Shown here in pieces: positions 38,536 to 53,036 of a DNA stretch of 64,000 nucleotides. Position numbers and translations under genes: made by a program. Under the pieces are notes generated by a model that was given only the letters and a program-made list of their open reading frames with translations, was not told the origin of the DNA and did no database searches. Each line of letters begins with the position of its first letter. Position 1 is the first letter of the stretch. The stretch covers positions 128,001 through 192,000 of the forward strand of contig JAUVNS010000010.1 of assembly GCA_030599585.1 (NCBI GenBank), read 5' to 3'. Source of the stretch: Promethearchaeota archaeon (GTDB lineage: Archaea; Asgardarchaeota; Lokiarchaeia; Sigyniarchaeales; SOKP01).

Positions 38536-39228
38536 TTATATAGAAATAAAATCTCGTTCTGCAGGACCTTTTTCCTTAATAATAGCGAGATCTATCCCAT
38601 TTCCTGACGCCATATCTCTTATGATACTTGAGGTGACTGCTTTTATAATTATTTCTTTTCCAGCACTAATCGATAAATTATCTTTATACTTTGCTTCGAG
38701 CACACCGTAAGAGAAATTTTGACCACTACCTACAGCACAGAATTTTTCAGGTAAAATTGAACCATATGCTCCAAGATTTAGAAGTACTGGCCCTTCTTCT
38801 TCAGATGCACCACCTAAAATAAGCCCTACTTGAAACGGATACATTTTATTTTGATAGAGGATATTAGATAACATTTTTCCAGCACTTTTTACTTTAATTG
38901 GTGCTTCTTCCTTTAGTTGATACAATGCAGTTTCAGCCCGGAGAACATCGACCAGATACATTGCGTCAGCTACACCCCCAGCAATAGTCATGTATAGATG
39001 TTCTTGGATTTTGTGTAATTTTTCAGCTGTTTTACTCGCTACAAAGTAACTCATTGTAGCTCGCCTATCCGTACCTAAGATTACCGCATCTTTACATACT
39101 AAACCTACCGTAGTTGTCCCCGTTTTTAAAGTTTGACTATTTCTTTGCATAGATGGGTTGTTATCGCTGATTATAGAATCTCGTAAAAAAATAGATTCAG
39201 ATGGTTTAACTAAATCTTCTTTTCTCAT
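38536..39228 (-). CDS. psmB: Proteasome beta subunit
   Basis: 37-aa propeptide ending KTG, then TTTVG; DRRAT, IAGGVAD, GSG, RDMASG. Confidence 0.96.
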   Translation of the reverse strand: MRKEDLVKPSESIFLRDSIISDNNPSMQRNSQTLKTGTTTVGLVCKDAVILGTDRRATMSYFVASKTAEKLHKIQEHLYMTIAGGVADAMYLVDVLRAETALYQLKEEAPIKVKSAGKMLSNILYQNKMYPFQVGLILGGASEEEGPVLLNLGAYGSILPEKFCAVGSGQNFSYGVLEAKYKDNLSISAGKEIIIKAVTSSIIRDMASGNGIDLAIIKEKGPAERDFISI

Positions 39229-39354
39229 AAAGAATTAAAAGACTCTTGTCTTAATAATTTTTTTTTAATTTTTTATAAATATATTGTGTTTTTAGGAGAA
39301 GAATCAAAGAATAAGCAAGGAATTAACAGGCTAGATTTTTAGATTTTCAAGGGA

Positions 39355-39663
39355 TTATATTTCCCAGAGGTATTTTTTGAGGTCAATTTTGTTAGTAGAA
39401 CCTATTTCAACACCCTCTTTTTCAAGCAGGATTTTTTGATAATCTTGACCATCTTGTGTTTTCAAAGCAATTTTACCCTGAGAATTTATAACTCGGTGCC
39501 ATGGTAAATCGTATTTTTTTGAAGATGAATGTAACAACCATGAAACTTGCCTCGCTCCATTGGGATTGCCAGCCAATTTTGCAATCCTACCATAAGTGAA
39601 TACTTTACCAACGGGGATATTTTTTATAATTTTAATTACATCTTGAGTAAAATCGCTCGGCAT
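39355..39663 (-). CDS. Alkyltransferase-like protein (ATL)
   Basis: IPVGKVFTYG.IA, ARQV, PWHRV (Trp in place of the catalytic Cys). Confidence 0.92.
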   Translation of the reverse strand: MPSDFTQDVIKIIKNIPVGKVFTYGRIAKLAGNPNGARQVSWLLHSSSKKYDLPWHRVINSQGKIALKTQDGQDYQKILLEKEGVEIGSTNKIDLKKYLWEI

Positions 39664-39696
39664 AACTAGTCACCTTTCTATTTATGATGATGCTAA

Positions 39697-41160
39697 TCAA
39701 TCAGATTCCTTCCTATCTTGAATAATTTTTATAAGTTCTCCCCTTCCAGATCGCCTTAATCTTCTAATATAAGTATTCAACATTTTTTTTGTGTGATGAG
39801 GTCCACCTTCTTCTATTACGGTCCACAAAGGATCTTTTGGTGATGGAGATGTTTTCATCATATGCTTATACCATTCGTCAAGAAGTTGTAACCCTTTTCC
39901 AACAATGTCTGGTCTCTCTTCAGCAAGATTTTTGGTCATGTGAAAATCATTTTCGAAATTGTATAGCATAATCTCAGGATAGTCTCTTAATCCGGTATGA
40001 TAAGTCCGAATTAAAGTCCAATTTCCAAACCGTACTGTACGCTGACATGTCCAGGCATTCTGACTTAACACTAGATACTTTCTCCCAAATTCTTCTCCAT
40101 TTTCAATTTCTTTGTATATACTTTTCCCATCCCAAAAGTGGGGTACTTTTTTTCCAACCCCTTCTATTATGGTAGCAGCTATGTCAGTAGTATAAAGGAA
40201 CGAATCATATTGTTTTTTCCATGATTTCTTTGGCCATTTAATGATCATAGGAACTCTATTGACTATATGGCAAGCAGTGGCATGATCCCCATATACATTA
40301 AGTTCTCCTTGGCTTTCACCGTGATCAGAACTAATTATTATAAGTGTATCTTCATAAATTCCTAAATTTTTAATTAATTCAATGATATTACCCACAAAAT
40401 CATCAGCATATCTTATTCCAACATCGTAGGCATTAATCCATTTAGTAAAATCATCAAGATTTTCTATTTCCCGTATATTTTGTATTCTTTTATAGAACTG
40501 GGTGAGTTTTAACCTGTCAAAGCCTCCTATATCGCGTGCTGAGCGAGGACCGTAGCTATTTCGATGTTTCTTAATTAATTTTTCTGTTAACCAAGAAGGA
40601 GGTGGATCATTTTCAAAGGAAGGTTCAAACGATATAGGGGTTCGGTAGGGGGTATGAGGGTCCCACAAGTTTAGATGTAGAAACCAATTATCTTTCTTTC
40701 CGTTATCTTCCAGCCATTTCTTTGCAAAAGGAAAAACATCATCAGCTAATTCATGACCCCTTTTGCCAGGATTGTACATTTCATTCCAACCAGAACAAAA
40801 CCAAAACGCAGAATGTCTTTCTGCAAAAGGAGATATTGATACAGTGTAATATTTCGCGCTTCTAAGTGTTCCAATCCAATTATTCCTTAAATAATTATCA
40901 TCAAATCCTCGTTCTTTTCCGGTTAATCGCATGTCTGCTGCGGTACCACCGTGACCAACTATGCCCGTGTGAATTCCAAATCTTCCAGTAAAAAGCGAAG
41001 CTCTAGAAGGTAAACAAGGTGCATCTGAAGTGTAACAATTTGTAAATATTGAACCTTCTTCTGCAATTTTATCTATGTTAGGTGAAGTGTTGCGATGATA
41101 TCCGTAACATCCTAGATGGTCAGGTCTAAGAGTATCAATATCAAAATATATTATTCTCAT
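39697..41160 (-). CDS. Sulfatase (formylglycine type)
   Basis: DTLRPDHL, CLPSR, WDPHTPY, SDHGE. Confidence 0.93.
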   Translation of the reverse strand: MRIIYFDIDTLRPDHLGCYGYHRNTSPNIDKIAEEGSIFTNCYTSDAPCLPSRASLFTGRFGIHTGIVGHGGTAADMRLTGKERGFDDNYLRNNWIGTLRSAKYYTVSISPFAERHSAFWFCSGWNEMYNPGKRGHELADDVFPFAKKWLEDNGKKDNWFLHLNLWDPHTPYRTPISFEPSFENDPPPSWLTEKLIKKHRNSYGPRSARDIGGFDRLKLTQFYKRIQNIREIENLDDFTKWINAYDVGIRYADDFVGNIIELIKNLGIYEDTLIIISSDHGESQGELNVYGDHATACHIVNRVPMIIKWPKKSWKKQYDSFLYTTDIAATIIEGVGKKVPHFWDGKSIYKEIENGEEFGRKYLVLSQNAWTCQRTVRFGNWTLIRTYHTGLRDYPEIMLYNFENDFHMTKNLAEERPDIVGKGLQLLDEWYKHMMKTSPSPKDPLWTVIEEGGPHHTKKMLNTYIRRLRRSGRGELIKIIQDRKESD

Positions 41161-41267
41161 AATTGATATTATTTTCTCTTCATTAAATAATCTTAATTAA
41201 AAAATTGTAAAATATTAATTTTCTCACATATCCTCACTTAGAATTAATAGAAGATAATTTTAACTAG

Positions 41268-44447
<3,180 letters not shown>

Positions 44448-44459
44448 AAAGATCGCTTA

Positions 44460-45596
44460 TTAATAGTTATAAATTTTTATTTCCTTTGGTTTTCCTCCAT
44501 CACGAGCGGATCGAGAAGCTTGAATTCCGGACATGCAGAAATTGGCCGCTACTTTAGCGTCTATTAAGGCTTTATCTTCATTTTCTATTGCGTTTAACCA
44601 ATTGTTTAAAATTCGAGCATTAGCACCGAAATGAAATCCTTTGACGCGGGGAATTACGTTAGATAATGATTCTTTATCAATTATTCTAGTTTTTCCCTTT
44701 CTATGTCGAGCCTTATTAATTTTATGTCCATCGGCTATAAATAATCGCCCAGGTTTATCAACTTGAGAGCATTCATAAGTGCCAGTCCGACCTACCACTT
44801 GAATCGAAATTCTAGCGGGTTTTCGAGCAAAGACATAAGCATTAGCACACTTAGCTATAGCTGTAGTTTCTGTTCTAAATAACGCAACTTGGAAAGCTTT
44901 AGCAGGTTTGCATATTGGATTTCCCTGATACCCACCAATATCATTAGCAAAGCTTGTAACTTCGATAAAAGGCATTGGATTTTTTATTCCTCCTAATACA
45001 ACTTGAGCGGGACCAATGGAATGGGCATACATCATTGGGTCAAACAATTGGTACCATGAATCGATACGTGAAGTATCAACATCTCCAAAACCTTGATCTC
45101 TCCATCTATAGGTAACATCATGCAAATATTCTGACTCAGCATAAACTGGCTCACCTATTTTCCCTGTTGATGTAAGTTGGGCGGCATATAAAACTTCAGG
45201 GTAGAAGCAATAGTTCTCTCCAAGTTGATAAGTTTTTCCAGACGCATCCTCAGCATCTATGATACGATTTAAATCGTCCTCTTTAATGGCCATTGGAACT
45301 TCAGAAAAAACATGTAAGTTTGATTCTAGTGCAGCAATTGATTGATCCGCATGATATTGAGGGGGGCTTGCTATAATAATTCCATCAAGTTCATTAGTAT
45401 TTAATAAGTCCTCAAAAGTTGCCGCAATTTTAAATCCTTCAATCTTTTTAAACATTTCAATAGCGTTTGGATTTGGATCATAACCAGCAACCAATTTAGA
45501 TTGTCCTTTCAGTAATGGATGATTGTCTAATTCGGCTTTGATGCTAATTGAGTGAAGACCAAAACCAACTATCCCAAGTTTTATTAGCTTTCCCAT
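44460..45596 (-). CDS. Gfo/Idh/MocA-fold NAD-dependent enzyme (GH109-like)
   Basis: GIVGFG, SPPQYH, FSEVP (instead of EKP), ENYCF, EYLHD. Confidence 0.8.
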   Translation of the reverse strand: MGKLIKLGIVGFGLHSISIKAELDNHPLLKGQSKLVAGYDPNPNAIEMFKKIEGFKIAATFEDLLNTNELDGIIIASPPQYHADQSIAALESNLHVFSEVPMAIKEDDLNRIIDAEDASGKTYQLGENYCFYPEVLYAAQLTSTGKIGEPVYAESEYLHDVTYRWRDQGFGDVDTSRIDSWYQLFDPMMYAHSIGPAQVVLGGIKNPMPFIEVTSFANDIGGYQGNPICKPAKAFQVALFRTETTAIAKCANAYVFARKPARISIQVVGRTGTYECSQVDKPGRLFIADGHKINKARHRKGKTRIIDKESLSNVIPRVKGFHFGANARILNNWLNAIENEDKALIDAKVAANFCMSGIQASRSARDGGKPKEIKIYNY

Positions 45597-45698
45597 AATC
45601 TGAGATAATTCACGAAAATATTAATAGTTAAGGATAGCTGACATATTTGTAGATTTTACATTCAATGAGTTTAATTTTTGTGAGGACTTAAACAATTT

Positions 45699-47024
45699 AT
45701 GGATAAAAAAATTGTCTTGATAGGAGCGGGCTCTGCTGCATTTGGACCTCCAACTTTTGTCGATTTAAACTTAAGTAATGTGTTAGCAGGTTCTACTATT
45801 ACGCTTGTTGACATAGATACAGAAAAATTACAAATGGTTTATGAAGTATTATCAGAAGATAATAAAAAAATTGGGAATAAATTCAATATAGAATGTACAT
45901 CACATAGGGAAAAAGCTCTAAAAGGAGCAGATTTTGTTATTAATTCTACTGAACATGGAGATAGATTTGAGCTACGTTGGCAAGATAATACGATCCCTAG
46001 AAGACACGGTTCAACAGAAAGAATGGCTGAAAACGGTGGTCCTGGAGGGTTTTTCCATAGCGCCCGCCAAATTCCTGAGATTATTAAGATTGCTAAGGAT
46101 GTTGCGAGAATAAGTCCTGACGCATTTTTTATTAATTATAGTAATCCTATGTCGCGTATATGCTTAGCTTTAAAACGAGTAGTGCCCAATCTTAAAATGT
46201 TTGGATTGTGTCATCAAATTGGACTTCTTACACCTCCTCATTTATCAAGGATAATAGAGAAAAAAAGAAGTGACTTTCAAATAATTACTGGAGGTCTTAA
46301 CCACTTTGCGTTTTTAATGGGTTTAAAAGATTTAAATACTGGAGATGACTTAATCCCTGTTTTTAATGCAAACTGTCAAAATTACTTTCAAGACAAGTGG
46401 AATCGATTCCACTATGCAGATTTAACCTTCGAGATTTACAAAAGATTTGGTTGGTTCCCGTATGTAGGTGATAACCATATATGTGAATATCTACAAATTG
46501 GTTCTCAATATACAACAGCTGAAGATTTAACAGAATGGATAACTAGAATGGAACAAGCGAATAAAGGCGGTAACGCTAAACTAAAAAGATACTATAAACG
46601 ATTAAAAAAAGGAAAATATCCTAAAAAGGGCATGCTCATGAAAGGGCCTTCTGGTGAGAGAGCAATTCCGATTATCGAAGCAATAATTAGAGATAGTAAT
46701 TCCTACGAAATTGCTGTTAATATACCTAATGATGGAATTATCGGAAATTTACCTCAAGATTTAGTTATTGAATGCTCTGGAACTGTTGATAAAGATGGTA
46801 TTCAAGGAGTTAAATTAGGAAACATTCCTAAGAACATTGCGGCAATCTTGCGGATAGAAGCCTCTATTCAAGATTTATGCGTTGAAGCCATATTGCAGGA
46901 ATCAAAACAACTAGCTATTGACTGTTTAGCAATGGATGTGAATTGTGGAAGTTTTGATATGGCTGAAGCGATTTTCGCTGAAATGTTTGAACTTCAAAAA
47001 GATTATTTACCTAATTTTAGATAA
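45699..47024 (+). CDS. GH4 NAD-dependent glycoside hydrolase (alpha-galactosidase-like)
   Basis: IGAGS, ENGGPGG, NYSNP, GLCH, GLNHF, VNIPN.G.I.NLP. Confidence 0.92.
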   Translation: MDKKIVLIGAGSAAFGPPTFVDLNLSNVLAGSTITLVDIDTEKLQMVYEVLSEDNKKIGNKFNIECTSHREKALKGADFVINSTEHGDRFELRWQDNTIPRRHGSTERMAENGGPGGFFHSARQIPEIIKIAKDVARISPDAFFINYSNPMSRICLALKRVVPNLKMFGLCHQIGLLTPPHLSRIIEKKRSDFQIITGGLNHFAFLMGLKDLNTGDDLIPVFNANCQNYFQDKWNRFHYADLTFEIYKRFGWFPYVGDNHICEYLQIGSQYTTAEDLTEWITRMEQANKGGNAKLKRYYKRLKKGKYPKKGMLMKGPSGERAIPIIEAIIRDSNSYEIAVNIPNDGIIGNLPQDLVIECSGTVDKDGIQGVKLGNIPKNIAAILRIEASIQDLCVEAILQESKQLAIDCLAMDVNCGSFDMAEAIFAEMFELQKDYLPNFR

Positions 47025-47077
47025 AACATTAGTCTTGACACAAATTTTAAATCAAAATAAAACCAACTAAAAATATC

Positions 47078-47974
47078 ATGAGTAAATTAACTTTAATAGA
47101 AAAACTTGGATTTGAGACTTCAGATAAAGTCGTAATTTTCCACATTGACGATGTTGGTTTTTCCCACGCTTCAAACCTAGCTTCATTTGAATGTTTGGAC
47201 TTCGGAGTTGCTAGTTGTGGCTCAGTTATTGTTCCTGCTCCATGGTTTCTAGAAGCTGCTTCCATATGTAAGAATAAGTCTCAGTATGATATTGGTGTGC
47301 ATCTCACTCTTACTTGTGAATATGATCTATACCGATGGCGCGCATTGAGTAGCGTGAACCCGGACTCTGGTCTACTTGACTCAGAAAAATCTTTATGGCG
47401 AACTACAGAGGAAGCAGTTGCAAATGTAAATCCTAAAGCGGCAGAAATTGAAATGCGTACTCAAGTTCAAACAGCGCTTGATAGTGGCATTGACATCACA
47501 CATATAGACACTCATATGGGAACTGTTATGAGTCCTAAATTTCTTCCCTCCTATTTGAAGATAGCTCGCGAATTTAAAGTCGTCGCGTTTATACCTCGAG
47601 TCTCTCGAAAACAACTTGAAACCGAAGGTTTAGGATCCGTTGCTGATGTCTACTTAAAGATGTTTGATAAATTAGAAGAAAGTGGTATTCCAATTCTCGA
47701 TCATATGATTATCGATACGATGGGAGATAGTCCAAATAAAACAGATTACTATTGTAAAAGATTTGCCGAAATTAAACCGGGGATAACACATTTTTTGTTT
47801 CATGCTGCGAAAATGAGCCCAGAATTGAAAGCAATTACTCCTGATTCTGCAAGTAAGCGAGATCTCGATTATCAAGCATTTACAGATCCTAAAATTAAAG
47901 AATGCGTTGAAAAGTACAACTTAAAGATAATTGGATATAGAGAAATCCGTGATCTAGTTAAAAAAGAATCGTAA
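47078..47974 (+). CDS. YdjC/ChbG-family carbohydrate deacetylase
   Basis: HIDDVG, GVHLTL, THIDTHMG, FH. Confidence 0.9.
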   Translation: MSKLTLIEKLGFETSDKVVIFHIDDVGFSHASNLASFECLDFGVASCGSVIVPAPWFLEAASICKNKSQYDIGVHLTLTCEYDLYRWRALSSVNPDSGLLDSEKSLWRTTEEAVANVNPKAAEIEMRTQVQTALDSGIDITHIDTHMGTVMSPKFLPSYLKIAREFKVVAFIPRVSRKQLETEGLGSVADVYLKMFDKLEESGIPILDHMIIDTMGDSPNKTDYYCKRFAEIKPGITHFLFHAAKMSPELKAITPDSASKRDLDYQAFTDPKIKECVEKYNLKIIGYREIRDLVKKES

Positions 47975-48020
47975 AGAATATTGAAATAATTCCATGAGTT
48001 CTCTCTAAACTAAATATTTT

Positions 48021-49991
48021 TTAATTACAAGTTACCCAAATAGGAGAAGTCCAACCTCTTTCCCCATCAAACTGAGTAGCCCGAGCATAAAAATAAGCAA
48101 TATCACTTTTTTTTAGATCGGTATCTTCAAAAGCAAACTTAACTCGATCTTTTGTTGGTACTCGAATTGCTACAACATTTCCATTTTTTAGTAATTCTAC
48201 ACTTTCAAGTTTATTGGTACCGCAAACCGTAACAATTATCACTGGAGATTTATGCACTTCAATAGTTTGACCCATTAAAGCAGAGTCAATTTTTATTTTC
48301 AACCACATCCTCTCTCCAGTAGTCGCATAACACTTCCTTTGGTTTAAACTCTGAATCAAATTTTTAGAGTCTAACTGATCAGAAAATATAGCAGCAATCC
48401 CAGGTTTGTATCTTAGAATTGGGACCAAATTTTTCATCTTATATTGCCTTACTGGGCAACCAGGGTGCGAGTAATGATCGTCCCCACCACCTATGAATCC
48501 TAACCTAAATCCATTGTTTAGTGCCCAGATCACGCTTCCCTTTTCCTTGTTGTTAACTAATGGTCTATAATTTCCTTTCATTGATTCACTTGAGCCATGC
48601 GAAGAATAAATTTCTACTACATTTTCCATATTATCATTAACTTCTGTCCAGGATGTACCCATTACATAACTTATTGGAGTATGAGAAATAATGGCACAGA
48701 CTTCATCCTTTAGTGCATCATAGAGCTGGTGCTGAAAACATCCCTCTTTAGACGAATAATCAACTAAGGGAGCATCTTTAGCTGACTCTAATGGAAATAG
48801 CATTACTTTGTCTGAGATTGATTCGTAAGGACTCTTTGTTTTTGTAGCATTAGTAACATAATAATTACGTCCTGACCATTCGTACGCCGGAATTGCTGTA
48901 AACTTTTTATCAGTCCATTCATGACACAAATCTATTAGAGATTCCCAAATAGTTTTGTTATATGGATACGAGATTTCTTTTCGACCTTCCATAAAAGTGT
49001 TACTTCTTTGGTTTAGATGATCTCCTAAAGCAGCAAAATCATGAAGTACTACATTTTTTGCGTAATTAAATGCGTCAGCGCCCGTCCCCATACCATCAGA
49101 AAATTCTCTGGTATGTATATGAATATCCCCCCAGTAAACTTGACTAGAGATATCCTCGTCCCAAACAATTGGATTTGAAGTTCCAGTAAGTTTTCTATTA
49201 CTAACATATAACTTCCCAATATTTGATAATATTTCAGAAGATACGGGATACAGCGTGAACCCCATATTATATCTTAGCAATCTACTGATTTTTGAATTTG
49301 GTTGGATTTCTTCCTTAAATTTCAATGCTTGTTCAATTAAAACATATCCATTTCTCAAAGTTGCTTTATTTGGGAATTCTAGGCAACTATCACCTTGAAT
49401 TTCAACTTCTCCATTGAAGTGATAATCTCGATTTCCAAATTTATCTAAAGCAACGATTTCAACATCCGTTGGTTTTCCAAGGTAAATTGTAGGGATTTTA
49501 ATAAGAAAAAAAGAAGTTTTTTCTGAGATCATAGAAATTCTTTTTAATCCTATTCTATTGAACACTTTTTCTTTGGGAAGTTTAACATCTAATGCGAAGT
49601 AAACTTTATCAAAGTAGGCAACGTCTCCAGCAGTATTTACTTTCTTCAATTTATTATAATTAAACTCAATTGTATCTCCAATGCTCATTGGTTCGTGCAA
49701 TATATAGACTACCATTAATAGAAATTTAGTCGCTTTAATCTTCCCTTTCACAGAAGAATCGATAGAACAAAATTCATTCTTTAAATTGATTGGTTCCCAT
49801 CCGTAAGGGATCACGAATCTAAATAAAGTACGGCTAGGATATTCTTTCTCTGCTTTAAATATTATTTTAATTGGGGTTTTGCTGTTAACAACTATTTTTT
49901 CATCTATATCAAATGTAATACCGTTTACATCGTCTAATCTCATTCTATAATCGAGATACTCTATATTATCTTTAGTTTGATCCATTTTCAT
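48021..49991 (-). CDS. DUF3604/CehA-like PHP-type metallohydrolase
   Basis: YWGDIHIHT..SDG, DH, YEWS, SH, EIYSSHG, GFIGGGDDH, YATTGER, WTSPIW. Confidence 0.8.
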   Translation of the reverse strand: MKMDQTKDNIEYLDYRMRLDDVNGITFDIDEKIVVNSKTPIKIIFKAEKEYPSRTLFRFVIPYGWEPINLKNEFCSIDSSVKGKIKATKFLLMVVYILHEPMSIGDTIEFNYNKLKKVNTAGDVAYFDKVYFALDVKLPKEKVFNRIGLKRISMISEKTSFFLIKIPTIYLGKPTDVEIVALDKFGNRDYHFNGEVEIQGDSCLEFPNKATLRNGYVLIEQALKFKEEIQPNSKISRLLRYNMGFTLYPVSSEILSNIGKLYVSNRKLTGTSNPIVWDEDISSQVYWGDIHIHTREFSDGMGTGADAFNYAKNVVLHDFAALGDHLNQRSNTFMEGRKEISYPYNKTIWESLIDLCHEWTDKKFTAIPAYEWSGRNYYVTNATKTKSPYESISDKVMLFPLESAKDAPLVDYSSKEGCFQHQLYDALKDEVCAIISHTPISYVMGTSWTEVNDNMENVVEIYSSHGSSESMKGNYRPLVNNKEKGSVIWALNNGFRLGFIGGGDDHYSHPGCPVRQYKMKNLVPILRYKPGIAAIFSDQLDSKNLIQSLNQRKCYATTGERMWLKIKIDSALMGQTIEVHKSPVIIVTVCGTNKLESVELLKNGNVVAIRVPTKDRVKFAFEDTDLKKSDIAYFYARATQFDGERGWTSPIWVTCN

Positions 49992-50049
49992 CTGTTCTTT
50001 CGATAAACAAGTTTAATTTCAAATCAATTTTAAGGAAAATGAGCGGATT

Positions 50050-51264
50050 CTATGCCTGACTTAAGAGATTAGATATATATTCCCATTTCTTGTTGATTTT
50101 TTCGGCAGTTCGCAACCGATTAAATATTTTATATTCGAAAGCTCCTATTAAATTGTATAAACCTTTTACTTCAGTGTATACATCGTAATTTTCGAAGGCA
50201 GTTTTAAATTCTTCAATGTTCTCCGTACTCCATATATCTTCCTTCTCTTTCATTTTCTTTGCTATATTTTTAACCCAGAATTGACTCATTTCCATTGAAT
50301 AGTATAATCCTGAAGAACCAAATGGATTAACAAATCCTGCACTATCTCCAATAAGAACAATACCAGGACGTGGTACGAAATTTTTTACCATTCGTGCATT
50401 CGGAAGTACTGTTACTTCTTCGTAATCAATTTTTGCCGCTTTAAAAAATTCACTAAAGCCGGGGTAATTTTTCTTCAAATTATCCCAGACTCTTAAGATT
50501 TCCTTATCATCCGGAACGATTACGGTTTTCATTTGAGGAACTTGTGCCATTCGCAACATTAGACCCACTTCTAATCTTTTATTCTCTAGAGGAAAAATAT
50601 ATGCCACACTCGGAGGAAAATTAGGTGAATAGTCTAAATCCCCATTTCCAATGAAAAAGAACTGTAAACCAGGAGTCTTCTCAATCTCTATGTTAGCTTC
50701 ACTAACTAAACATTTAATTATTGGACAATTAATTTCTTCGTCGTAGGGGACACCATAATATCTACCAATTACACCTGCATATCCACTACAATCCAAAACG
50801 GCTTTTCCATAAATTTCATTGATGTTACTGGACTCATCTTTATATTTTAATCCAATACAGATCCCATTTTTCTCAATCGGTTCTATTACTTCACTCTTAA
50901 GTAAGATTTCAACTCCTACTTCTTTTGTTTTTTCTACAAATCTATCGATAAATTCCCTCCATTCGAAAAAATAATGAGGATATTCGCGGAAGGTAGTTGT
51001 TATCTGTAGATTTCCTGGAGAATGCCAAACTCTATCTCCATTGGATTTAAATCCTATAGATGATAAAAAATCTTTACCTAGAATATCATCTACAATAGCA
51101 TAATGACCCATTCCCTCGCCACGAGGTTTTGGTCCAGCTTGCTCTCCTTTCTCTATGACAACTACTTTAAAACCCTCTCTAGCAGCTACTATGCTGGCAG
51201 TTAACCCAGCAGGACCTGCTCCGACGATTACAAAATCATAAATGCTTGAATTATTTAATGCCAT
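50050..51264 (-). CDS. Geranylgeranyl reductase-family flavoprotein (divergent)
   Basis: VGAGPAG, KPRGEG, AYIFP, IGDSAGFVNP. Confidence 0.85.
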   Translation of the reverse strand: MALNNSSIYDFVIVGAGPAGLTASIVAAREGFKVVVIEKGEQAGPKPRGEGMGHYAIVDDILGKDFLSSIGFKSNGDRVWHSPGNLQITTTFREYPHYFFEWREFIDRFVEKTKEVGVEILLKSEVIEPIEKNGICIGLKYKDESSNINEIYGKAVLDCSGYAGVIGRYYGVPYDEEINCPIIKCLVSEANIEIEKTPGLQFFFIGNGDLDYSPNFPPSVAYIFPLENKRLEVGLMLRMAQVPQMKTVIVPDDKEILRVWDNLKKNYPGFSEFFKAAKIDYEEVTVLPNARMVKNFVPRPGIVLIGDSAGFVNPFGSSGLYYSMEMSQFWVKNIAKKMKEKEDIWSTENIEEFKTAFENYDVYTEVKGLYNLIGAFEYKIFNRLRTAEKINKKWEYISNLLSQA

Positions 51265-51404
51265 AAATTGAAATAAGAATAAAGAAAATTAATTACTTTT
51301 GGTGATTGCACATCAAATGCGATAGTGTCCATGATTACTAATAAGCCCATAGGAATCATTTTTAACGCTTTAGCCATTAAGAATTATAATTGATCTAAAA
51401 AAAT

Positions 51405-52589
51405 GTGATAATTCTAATGTTTGATGTCGTTATATCTGGAGCAGGTCCAGCAGGCTCAAGATGTGCTCAAATTCTTGCCGAAAACGGATTTGATGTCGCT
51501 TTACTTGAAAAAGATGTAAACTGGAGAAAACCGTGTGGAGGCGCTGTCAGCTCGAGAATCTTCAAGTATTATCCCCAACTGCGAAAATTAAAGTATACTC
51601 CAATCACGGGAATGACCATATATTCTGGTGATTACCATGAAATATCTTATTCTTGGAAAGATGTTAGAGATTATTCGATAAATGTCGATCGCTTGGAATT
51701 TGATAACTTCATAAGAACAACTGCTATAGACGCTGGAGCTCAACTTTTCGATAAAAACCTTTCCGTTGACTTTGTTACAAAAAACAAAAAAAAGATTGGA
51801 ATTATTGCAAAAAGTTCTGGGGGTACAAAAGAGTATTTAGGAAAAATCTTAATCATCGCCGATGGTATGAGCTCGAAATTAGCCCCTAAATCTGGTTTGA
51901 AAGGAAAATGGAAAATTAACGAATTAGGATTATGTAAATGTGCTATAATGGAAGGAGAAAATTCTCTAGATAAGCATTCTATGTCTATGTTTTTTCGAGC
52001 ATATAAGGGGTATGGTTGGATATTTCCTATTGATGAAAAGAGGTTTAACATAGGGTGCGGCACTTGGTTAGAAGAAAATTTAACCACTAACTTAAATCAG
52101 GCTTATGAAGAGTTTTTAAATGATCCTCATATAAAGAAATTCTTTCCTAAAGTACAATATAAAGAAATCTGGAAAGGTGCATACCCTATTCCAGCGTTAG
52201 GTGTGAAAGAAAAATGTTTGTATGGAGAAAACATCATGATCATAGGAGATGCTGCTGGGTTCGTGTCTCCAATTAGTGGGGAGGGCATACATCCTAGCGT
52301 AGTATCTGGGCAGGCTTCTGCTGAAGTCGCTATTAACGCTTTGGAAAATGATGATGTATCCAAGCAGAGCTTAAAAAAATATAAGCAATATCCTAACATT
52401 AAGAAAATCATCAGAAATTTTAAGATGAAAGTATCTATGGTTGAATTTCTTTTTGATAATAATGGTCAGAATCTTTCAAAAATGTTTGAGCTAGCAGGTA
52501 CAGACGATAAAATAAGAGAAGAAGTCATTAACATGTTCTTATTTTCCATACCACCCTCGAAAGAATTACTTTTAAAAATTAAATTTTAA
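51405..52589 (+). CDS. Geranylgeranyl reductase
   Basis: GAGPAG, KPCGG, YGWIFP, GDAAG.VSP.SGEGI. Confidence 0.9.
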   Translation: MIILMFDVVISGAGPAGSRCAQILAENGFDVALLEKDVNWRKPCGGAVSSRIFKYYPQLRKLKYTPITGMTIYSGDYHEISYSWKDVRDYSINVDRLEFDNFIRTTAIDAGAQLFDKNLSVDFVTKNKKKIGIIAKSSGGTKEYLGKILIIADGMSSKLAPKSGLKGKWKINELGLCKCAIMEGENSLDKHSMSMFFRAYKGYGWIFPIDEKRFNIGCGTWLEENLTTNLNQAYEEFLNDPHIKKFFPKVQYKEIWKGAYPIPALGVKEKCLYGENIMIIGDAAGFVSPISGEGIHPSVVSGQASAEVAINALENDDVSKQSLKKYKQYPNIKKIIRNFKMKVSMVEFLFDNNGQNLSKMFELAGTDDKIREEVINMFLFSIPPSKELLLKIKF

Positions 52590-52715
52590 TTTTAATACAT
52601 TTTCTATTTCACAATTCTTTCTTAGATATTTTTTAAAATATAATTTATAAACGATCGTGAATAGTCATATATACATTTTTAGCAATGATACAAAAATGTT
52701 AAGAGGTGAAATTAA

Positions 52716-53036
52716 ATGGTAATAGTTATTATGAGATTAATTCAAAGAATAGCAAATGGTAAATGGGATGATTTAGAAGAGTTTGATAAAAAATGCACTG
52801 AAATCGAGGATAAATTAGGTTATCCTCCAAAAAAACGATACCGTAGTCTATCGGGGGGTTACGAGAATAATGTAATTATCGTTGAAAGAGAGTGGCAAAG
52901 CTTATCAAAAATGGAAAAAATTATGACAAAAGGTTTCTTAGACCCTGAATTAACAAAATTAAATAAAAAATTAGACTCAATTATCGAATGGCAAAAAACA
53001 GAATTGTATGTTCCTCATCCACCTTTTCCTGTATAA
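52716..53036 (+). CDS. Small hypothetical protein (possible dimeric alpha-beta barrel)
   Basis: SD GAGGTGA; 106-aa ORF; U-tract after stop. Confidence 0.65.
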   Translation: MVIVIMRLIQRIANGKWDDLEEFDKKCTEIEDKLGYPPKKRYRSLSGGYENNVIIVEREWQSLSKMEKIMTKGFLDPELTKLNKKLDSIIEWQKTELYVPHPPFPV

